Source: Candidatus Parcubacteria bacterium (GTDB taxonomy: Bacteria; Patescibacteriota; Minisyncoccia; UBA6257; JAGOQP01). Taken from it: a stretch of 64,000 bases of DNA. Position numbers and translations under genes: made by a program. Numbering within the stretch: position 1 is the first letter of the stretch; the number at the start of each line of letters is the position of its first letter. The stretch is from the NCBI GenBank assembly GCA_025999395.1, contig AP024682.1:367487-431486 (forward strand), written 5' to 3'. Under the pieces are notes generated by a model. That model saw only the letters and a list, made by a program, of their open reading frames with translations. It was not told where the DNA came from and made no database searches. Shown here piece by piece: positions 58,075-64,000 of the stretch.

Positions 58075-59082
58075 TTACCCATGCCTTATAAAAAGAACGT
58101 CTCCGTCTTGAACGATATAATCCTTTCCTTCAATTCTGATTAACCCTTTCTGACGTGCCTGACTCCAACCTCCTGCTTCTATCAAATCTTTCCAAAAAAT
58201 AACTTCGGCTCGGATAAATTTGTTTTCAAAATCGGTGTGAATAGTACCAGCCGCTTGAGGAGCCTTCCAACCCCTTTTAATTGTCCACGCGCGCGTTTCC
58301 TCTTCGCCGGTAGTAAAGAAACTAATTAAATCAAGAATTTTGTAGGCTTCTTTAATTAAAGGACTTAAATCAGGCTCTTTTTTTAAATCAAAAACTAAGT
58401 AGGGAGACTGAAATTGAGCAATTTTTTCTTTTAATTCTAAAGAAACATCTTTTTCTTCGCCATTAAGAAGAAAGATCATTTTTTTAGCAGTAAGAAGATT
58501 TAAACCTTTAATAGCAGGATTGTTTAAAATTTCTTCTCCCAAAAGGAAAAGAAGCTTTCCTTCATTTAAAAAACTTTCAACTCTTTTAACTAACTCTAAT
58601 TCCTTTATCTTTTCCTTATTTCCGGTTCTCGCTTCTCCTTCTAACTTATCAATTCTTTTCTTAACTGTTTCCAAATCTTTAAGAATCAATTCGGTATTAA
58701 TAGTATCAATATCTCTTAAAGGATCGGGATGATTTTCAATATGAATAATTTCAGGATCAGAAAAGCAACGAACCACTTGAACAATCGCTGCCGTTTCCCG
58801 AATGTGAGAAAGAAATTGATTTCCTAACCCTTGACCTTGGCTAGCGCCTTTAACTAAACCAGCAATATCATAGAATTCAACGATCGCCGGAATCTTTTTG
58901 GCTGACCGACTAAGTTTGTAAAGAATATCTAGTCTTTCATCTGGAACCGCCACTACCCCAACATTCGGATCAATAGTAGCAAAAGGATAATTAGCAATAT
59001 GAACTTCGTTTTTAGTAAGAAGTTTGAAAAGAGTAGATTTTCCTACATTGGGTAATCCTACAATTCCCAAAGAAAGTTTCAT
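58075..59082 (-). CDS. ychF: Ribosome-binding ATPase YchF
   Basis: GIVGLPNVGKSTLF, NYPFATIDPN, DIAGLVKGAS.G.GLGN.FL, APQAAG.IHTDF; ATG at 59082. Confidence 0.96.
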   Translation of the reverse strand: MKLSLGIVGLPNVGKSTLFKLLTKNEVHIANYPFATIDPNVGVVAVPDERLDILYKLSRSAKKIPAIVEFYDIAGLVKGASQGQGLGNQFLSHIRETAAIVQVVRCFSDPEIIHIENHPDPLRDIDTINTELILKDLETVKKRIDKLEGEARTGNKEKIKELELVKRVESFLNEGKLLFLLGEEILNNPAIKGLNLLTAKKMIFLLNGEEKDVSLELKEKIAQFQSPYLVFDLKKEPDLSPLIKEAYKILDLISFFTTGEEETRAWTIKRGWKAPQAAGTIHTDFENKFIRAEVIFWKDLIEAGGWSQARQKGLIRIEGKDYIVQDGDVLFIRHG

Positions 59083-59098
59083 AAATAGAAATAAAATT

Positions 59099-59713
59099 CT
59101 AATCAATAAAATTAATGGTTATTTCTCCTTCTCTTAAAACCGAAATTTTATTATCTTTTTCTATTTTTATTAAAGTAGAAGGCAAAGAATTGATTTTCCC
59201 TCCATCTACATAAAAATCTACTTTATCAGAAAAATATTTCTGAGCTTCTTTAATAGTAGCAGCTGGCTTTTGACCCTCGGGATTAGCACTAGGTGCCACT
59301 AAAGGACCTACCTTTTTGAGAAGACTTAAAAGAGATTTTTTAGGAGGAAACCGAAAGGCTAAACTTTTTGTCCCTCGATGAAGATAAGACATTTTTTTAT
59401 CTTTACAAGGCAAAGCAACGCTAATTTTTTCTGGCCAAATTTTACTCAAGAAAGACAAAACTACTTTCGAGAGAGAAAGATTGAATTTTTTTAAATCGTT
59501 TAGAGAAGAAATTAAAATAATAAAAGGTTTGTGAGGGTTTCTCTGGCGAAGTTGATAAATTCTTTCCACTGTTTCTTTGTTTTTGGCTAAACCAATAATT
59601 CCATAAAGAGTATCGGTTGGAATAACTCCAACTCCGCCAGCCTTTAGAATTTCAATTACCTTTTTGTTATTTAAAGATTTGAATACCTTTAATTTTTTGT
59701 TCTTTTTAACCAT
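59099..59713 (-). CDS. tsaC: Threonylcarbamoyl-AMP synthase (TsaC/Sua5 YrdC domain)
   Basis: PTDTLYG, K.R-equivalent RQRN..KP, APSAN..G, STL, LREG. Confidence 0.88.
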   Translation of the reverse strand: MVKKNKKLKVFKSLNNKKVIEILKAGGVGVIPTDTLYGIIGLAKNKETVERIYQLRQRNPHKPFIILISSLNDLKKFNLSLSKVVLSFLSKIWPEKISVALPCKDKKMSYLHRGTKSLAFRFPPKKSLLSLLKKVGPLVAPSANPEGQKPAATIKEAQKYFSDKVDFYVDGGKINSLPSTLIKIEKDNKISVLREGEITINFID

Positions 59714-59742
59714 CTTGGGTTTAATTTTCAGCCATTATTTTT

Positions 59743-60324
59743 TTAGAGATTATTTTTTTGGCTATTCTCATCCTCAATAAGGAGAACTGCCGCTGCAATC
59801 GTTGTTGTCCAAAGTCCATTTTTATCGCCTTCTGCTGATTGAGTAATATTTGTAGTTCGAATAATCTTTCCTGATGACTTATAAACCTGCTCTCTTTCAT
59901 CCCAAGCAGCACTAGGATCAAATTCCAATCCTAAAGTAGAAGCTAACATTGTTGCTGCCAAGTCTTCAGCATATTCTCCTGCTTTTTCTTCAGTTTCTCC
60001 AAAGGAATGATGTTCTGAAAGATAACCATATTGATTAGGATCAGCTGGTTGAGCCAAACCAATCGCTGAGGCGATTAAACGATTAGGTTCATTAGTTGAG
60101 TTTCTCGCTAAAACCACAAAAACAATTTGCCCCGGAGAAAGAAGTTTTTTACCCTCTTCTCTGGAAATCCTTTTACATCCCGGAGGAAAAATGGAACTTA
60201 CTGTTACTAAATTATATTCAGCAATCCCCGCGTTTCTTAAGGCCATCTCAAAAGATTGAAGGTAGTCTTTGTGACGACCAACTCCTTTGGTGAAAAACAT
60301 TTTAGTGGGTACAAGATTGTTCAT
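59743..60324 (-). CDS. pdaD: Pyruvoyl-dependent arginine decarboxylase
   Basis: SFE.ALR.AGI..YNLV.VSSIFPP self-cleavage site (SS), GYLSEHH. Confidence 0.88.
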   Translation of the reverse strand: MNNLVPTKMFFTKGVGRHKDYLQSFEMALRNAGIAEYNLVTVSSIFPPGCKRISREEGKKLLSPGQIVFVVLARNSTNEPNRLIASAIGLAQPADPNQYGYLSEHHSFGETEEKAGEYAEDLAATMLASTLGLEFDPSAAWDEREQVYKSSGKIIRTTNITQSAEGDKNGLWTTTIAAAVLLIEDENSQKNNL

Positions 60325-60412
60325 GTTTTTTAATTTTTTTAAATTTTAACTTTTTAAAAGATTAAAATTAATAATAAAAATAAACAAAAATTAAAAAATA
60401 AACAATCTCTCT

Positions 60413-61384
60413 TCATCTTTTCAAGTAAAAAGAAATAATTTTCTTTACTTCTGTAGCATTTTGAGCGCCCATTAGTTTTAAGCGAATTTCTTTAGCACCA
60501 GCAAAATCAGAGATGTAAGCAGCTAAATGTTTCCTTAAATGACAAAAAGGTTTTATTTCTTTAAAGGTTTTCTCAAAAAGAAGCGCGTGCTTTAAGGCTA
60601 TTTTTAATTTTTCTCTTTTCATTCTTTCTTTATCCTTAGTTAAAATTAAATATTTTTTTTCATCAAAAAACCAGGGGTTACCCAAAACACCACGGCCAAT
60701 CATAACACCATCAACTCCGTATTGAAAAGCTTTTTTTCTAGCATCAGAAATATCTTTAACATCTCCATTACCAATAATTATAATCTTTTCTTTTTTGACA
60801 ATTTTAGCAGCTTTAGCAATCGACTCCCAATCAGCAGGGGTTTGATAATTTTCTTTTTGAAGTCTCCCATGAAGAGTAATAGCAACAGGCTTAGCTTTGA
60901 CTAATTCTTTAACCCATTTTTCTACTATGTTTTTATTAAAACCCAATCTTGTTTTTACTGAAACAGGCAATCCCCCTCCTCCCTCCTTGGCAGCTAAAAT
61001 TAGTTCTCTGGCTAATTTTGGCTTTAAAATCAAAGCTGCTCCTCCTCCATTTTTGACAACCTTTTTATCTGGACAACCCATATTTATATCAATTCCATCA
61101 AATCCTAAAGAAGCAATAATTTTAGAAGCTTGAAAAATTACCTGAGGAGAAGCTCCCCAAATTTGAGCCACAATCGGCCTTTCTTTTTGAGAAAATTTTA
61201 AGTAGTAATTGATAATTCTTTTTTGAGAAGAAGGATGACAAAGACCATCCGCCGAGACAAATTCAGTCATTAAAACATCTGGCTTTTTATAAAAACACAC
61301 AATCTGACGAAAAGCGGTGTCAGTTACTTCATGCATGGGAGCTAATATAAAAAACGGCCTTGGAAGTTTTTCCCAAAAATTCAT
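60413..61384 (-). CDS. tRNA-dihydrouridine synthase
   Basis: LAPM..VTD..FR, TEFVS, DINMGCP, VSVKTRLG, HGR, NGD, GVMIGRG..GNPW.F. Confidence 0.93.
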   Translation of the reverse strand: MNFWEKLPRPFFILAPMHEVTDTAFRQIVCFYKKPDVLMTEFVSADGLCHPSSQKRIINYYLKFSQKERPIVAQIWGASPQVIFQASKIIASLGFDGIDINMGCPDKKVVKNGGGAALILKPKLARELILAAKEGGGGLPVSVKTRLGFNKNIVEKWVKELVKAKPVAITLHGRLQKENYQTPADWESIAKAAKIVKKEKIIIIGNGDVKDISDARKKAFQYGVDGVMIGRGVLGNPWFFDEKKYLILTKDKERMKREKLKIALKHALLFEKTFKEIKPFCHLRKHLAAYISDFAGAKEIRLKLMGAQNATEVKKIISFYLKR

Positions 61385-61394
61385 AGAAAAATGT

Positions 61395-62507
61395 TTAAAC
61401 TAAAATTACTCCCAATCCAAAAAATTTAATCCAAAAAGAATTTCCAAAAAAAGTAATTAAAGTAGCCAAAATAAAAGGCTCTCGCAAAAGAGTGTATTTT
61501 TCTTTTAAGAAAAAAGAACGAAAGAGGCTAAAAATGATTACCAACAAAAAGCTAAAAATCAAAAAAACAATAAACTGTGGCCAACCGCAAATCAAAGCTC
61601 CCAACAAACCAATTTCTTTATCTCCTTCTTCAAAAAACCGCGGATTGCTTTTCTCCAAAGAGTGAAGAAAAAATAACCACAAAAAAGATACCAAAAAAAC
61701 AATAAAAACTTTCAACCAAAACCTCCCCCATGAATAAAAAAGAAAATAGTTTAATTTTCCTTCCTTCCCAATTAATTTACTCAAAAAATTTTCTTTTTGA
61801 GTAAAAAGAAAGACCGGAGTTTTTAAGAAAGGCCTCGTAAAATCAAATCGACTCCAAAGATAATATTGAATAGCTGTTAAAAAGAGAGCGAATAAAATAT
61901 AAAAAACTAAAGCTCCAGTAACTAACTTTTTTAAAGCTTTTTTAAAAGAAAAAGACTCAGGTTTTTTTCTGGATTTAAAAAAGAAAAAGATTAAAAGCGC
62001 GGTTAAGAAGAAAAAGAAAATTTTTGGCAGCCACACAGAAAGCCACAAAAGATAACTAAAGATACTAAAAAAACTTCCCAAAGAAGGAACTACCAAAAAA
62101 ATACTTAAAATCGCCAAAAAAATAGAAATTAAAGCAGAAACTAAACAATAAAAACAAAAATTCTTTATTATAAAAGACTGAACTCCTACTAAAAATAAAG
62201 AAAAAAGAGCTCCCGAAACTAATAAGGCCATTAACAGCCATCCTAAAAGAGGAAAATTATTTCCTACCAAATACCAAGCTAAAGAAGTCGCTCCAACTAA
62301 AAAGTAAAAAACGATTCCTAATATCTCATTACTTACTCCTGAAATTTTCGCCCAAGAACTTTCGAGAACCGCTCGACAGTCATAATTAAGAGGACAAACA
62401 AAAGGCTTACCAGCTAACTTTTTCCTTTTTTTAAAAATATAAATAGAATCAATAGCCCCCGCCAAAGAGAGAAGGAGAAAAAGAATAAAAAGAAAAAGTC
62501 TTAGCAT
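61395..62507 (-). CDS. VKOR-family protein fused to a multi-TM prepilin-peptidase-like C-terminal domain
   Basis: C..C loop (CPLNYDC), V..S.WA, G..N..LG, CFYC; C-terminal EGDKEIGLLGA..GWP...PF pattern; alternative TTG start at 62516. Confidence 0.75.
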   Translation of the reverse strand: MLRLFLFILFLLLSLAGAIDSIYIFKKRKKLAGKPFVCPLNYDCRAVLESSWAKISGVSNEILGIVFYFLVGATSLAWYLVGNNFPLLGWLLMALLVSGALFSLFLVGVQSFIIKNFCFYCLVSALISIFLAILSIFLVVPSLGSFFSIFSYLLWLSVWLPKIFFFFLTALLIFFFFKSRKKPESFSFKKALKKLVTGALVFYILFALFLTAIQYYLWSRFDFTRPFLKTPVFLFTQKENFLSKLIGKEGKLNYFLFYSWGRFWLKVFIVFLVSFLWLFFLHSLEKSNPRFFEEGDKEIGLLGALICGWPQFIVFLIFSFLLVIIFSLFRSFFLKEKYTLLREPFILATLITFFGNSFWIKFFGLGVILV

Positions 62508-62531
62508 ACTGACCAAAAGTTTAATTCAAAA

Positions 62532-63353
62532 CTATTTGGAAAGAAGAGTATCGATAATTGATTTCATTTCTTGGTAAGGAATTGCTCCTGAAACTGCGTA
62601 CTTTCCTCCCTTAGGAGAAATGATAACTGAATAAGGCGTTCCCTCTCCTCCCGAGTTTAGAGCATCTTGCAGATGTTGAGCTACTTTTTGAGCATAACGA
62701 TTGCTTTCTAAACACTCCTGAAATTTATTTTTATCCAAACCAACAATTTGAGCAATTTCAGGAAGTTTAGAAGGATCAAGGTTGTTATTAGAAGGAGTAA
62801 TTTCAAAAAGCTTATCTAAATAATCCCAAAATTTTTCATTTCCTCCTAATTCGGCTGCGCACTCTGTTGCTTGTGCCTCTTTTCTTGATTTGGGATGAAT
62901 GGAATCTAAGGGAAAATGACGATAAACCCAAGCGATCTTTCCATTATAATCAGAAACTAATCTTTTTAGAGTCGGATGAAATGATTTACAAAAAGGACAT
63001 TCGGTGTCGGAAAATTCTATGATTTTAAGGCTAGCATCCGCTGGTCCATAAATATGATCTTCTGAAGAAATAGGAACAACTTTTGATGGTCCTTTATCTA
63101 TCTTAACAGCAGGATTCGATGGTGGTAAAGAATTATCTCCTTCTTGAACTTTTTTGAGGCTGCTTTGATTTGAATAAATAATAGCTCCCGCTATAACAAT
63201 ACCCGCCAAAACAATAGCGGCAGGTGTGGAAATATTTAGTTTTGATTGGTTAGATGAATTAGATGAAGTCGAATATTCTTCTTCCTCGAAGTATTCTTCT
63301 TCCCCAATTTCTTCTTCATTTTTTTTCTTTGTTTCTTCTCTGTCTTTTTTCAT
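62532..63353 (-). CDS. Membrane-anchored DsbA-family thiol:disulfide oxidoreductase
   Basis: TM anchor, EFSD.ECPFCK.FH, YRHFPL..H, A.ECA, cis-Pro GTP, GA.PY. Confidence 0.9.
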   Translation of the reverse strand: MKKDREETKKKNEEEIGEEEYFEEEEYSTSSNSSNQSKLNISTPAAIVLAGIVIAGAIIYSNQSSLKKVQEGDNSLPPSNPAVKIDKGPSKVVPISSEDHIYGPADASLKIIEFSDTECPFCKSFHPTLKRLVSDYNGKIAWVYRHFPLDSIHPKSRKEAQATECAAELGGNEKFWDYLDKLFEITPSNNNLDPSKLPEIAQIVGLDKNKFQECLESNRYAQKVAQHLQDALNSGGEGTPYSVIISPKGGKYAVSGAIPYQEMKSIIDTLLSK

Positions 63354-63427
63354 ATTTTAAAATATTTTTTAATTTTAAAGACTTTAAAAAGCCTACCACA
63401 AATAATAGTAAATGTGTAGGAAAAAAA

Positions 63428-63652
63428 TCAGTCTGTCTTTATCTCATAAATTTTGTTGCGATTTGTTTTTCCCGCTACTAGTTTTATCTTAGATAAGGGA
63501 ATATTAAAGTAATTAGCCAAAAGCTGAGCAATTGCTTTGTTAGCTTCTCCTTTTTGAGGAAGAGCTTTAACCTTCACCTCAAAGAGATTATCCCCTTTTC
63601 TTTCAACTATTTCCTTTTTAGAATGAGGTTTAGCTTTGACAAAAATTATCAT
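63428..63652 (-). CDS. DUF167/YggU family protein
   Basis: VKAKP.S, V.V.A.P..G.AN.A...LA.YF, G.T.R.K. Confidence 0.85.
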   Translation of the reverse strand: MIIFVKAKPHSKKEIVERKGDNLFEVKVKALPQKGEANKAIAQLLANYFNIPLSKIKLVAGKTNRNKIYEIKTD

Positions 63653-63659
63653 TTCACCA

Positions 63660-63806
63660 TCATCTAAAAATTAAAAGAGCAATTATCCAAACAATAGAAG
63701 CAAAAACTACTCCTGCTACAAAACCAGCAAGAGAAGAGGCTAATGTTTTTCCAATCTTAAATTTATATTCTCGAGATTCATGAGAAATGAAATCCTTCCA
63801 CCACAT
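63660..63806 (-). CDS. Small single-TM protein (48 aa; not in ORF track)
   Basis: Read manually: MWWKDFISHESREYKFKIGKTLASSLAGFVAGVVFASIVWIIALLIFR*; stop 7 nt before the DUF167 ATG. Confidence 0.65.
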   Translation of the reverse strand: MWWKDFISHESREYKFKIGKTLASSLAGFVAGVVFASIVWIIALLIFR

Positions 63807-63873
63807 ACTTTGTTTAAAGTTTTTACAAATAATTTTAATTAAAAAGACTTTTAAAGTGGTTCCTGATTATCAA

Positions 63874-64000
63874 TTAAAAAGAAATTTTATCTCTTAATCT
63901 ATCTAGAAACTCAGCTTGAGGTGAATAAATTTTTTCTTTGGCAGTTTCTAAATCAAAAAATTTAGCTCTATCCACCTCTGGGAATTCAATAAATCCTCTT
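63874..64000 (-). CDS. C-terminal fragment of a probable NUDIX hydrolase (runs off the window)
   Basis: ..RGFIEFPEVDRAKFFDLETAKEKIYSPQAEFLDRLRDKISF*; FPEVDRA..F...A..KI...Q..FLDRL matches my recollection of COG4119-type NUDIX C-termini. Confidence 0.6.
   Translation of the reverse strand, partial: RGFIEFPEVDRAKFFDLETAKEKIYSPQAEFLDRLRDKISF

Noticed and set aside
63386-63427. CCTAC..GTAGG inverted repeat between DUF167 and dsbA
   Set aside because: Short bulged stem with a 12-nt loop; not distinguishable from chance.
1-64000. Genetic code 25 (UGA = Gly)
   Set aside because: rpoD ends at TGA at the expected position, conserved genes have no in-frame TGA, and RF2 with its UGA frameshift is present.

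Overview
AT-rich chromosomal window, most likely from a Patescibacteria (CPR, Parcubacteria-like) bacterium. Grounds: uL30 is missing from the spc operon, RpoA lacks its C-terminal domain, AlaRS and DnaX are short, RpoD has a Lys-rich N-terminus, and there is an FtsA-like/baseplate-J-like pair and a stand-alone TraG/VirB4-like ATPase. The code is 11 (TGA stops, RF2 present). Positions 1-35.6 kb are almost all + strand: alr, dnaG-rpoD-alaS, a permuted ribosomal supercluster (infA..rplQ, tuf-rpsJ, rplC..secY-adk-map), greA, a frameshifted lysS, serS, ftsQ-like and tyrS. Positions 35.6-64 kb are mostly - strand: nuclease, M23 hydrolase, gltX, murG/ftsW/mraY, scpAB, ftsEX, prfB with a programmed +1 frameshift, two tRNAs, tRNA-modification genes and DsbA/VKOR. 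I found no CRISPR array, IS, integrase or prophage. Best leads: (i) a GC-rich multi-hairpin RNA with alternative folds and a terminator at 1-125; (ii) a TruB-acylphosphatase fusion; (iii) a VKOR fused to a prepilin-peptidase-like domain next to DsbA; (iv) a degenerate D-aminoacylase homolog in the murD slot of the dcw cluster; (v) leaderless-type extended -10 promoters and SD-poor starts, with a strong SD kept at the prfB frameshift; (vi) a Phd-like microprotein with an SSB-like tail whose 3' end holds a tuf promoter; (vii) dif-like sites where gene orientation converges. All family calls come from motif recognition by eye; no database searches were run.
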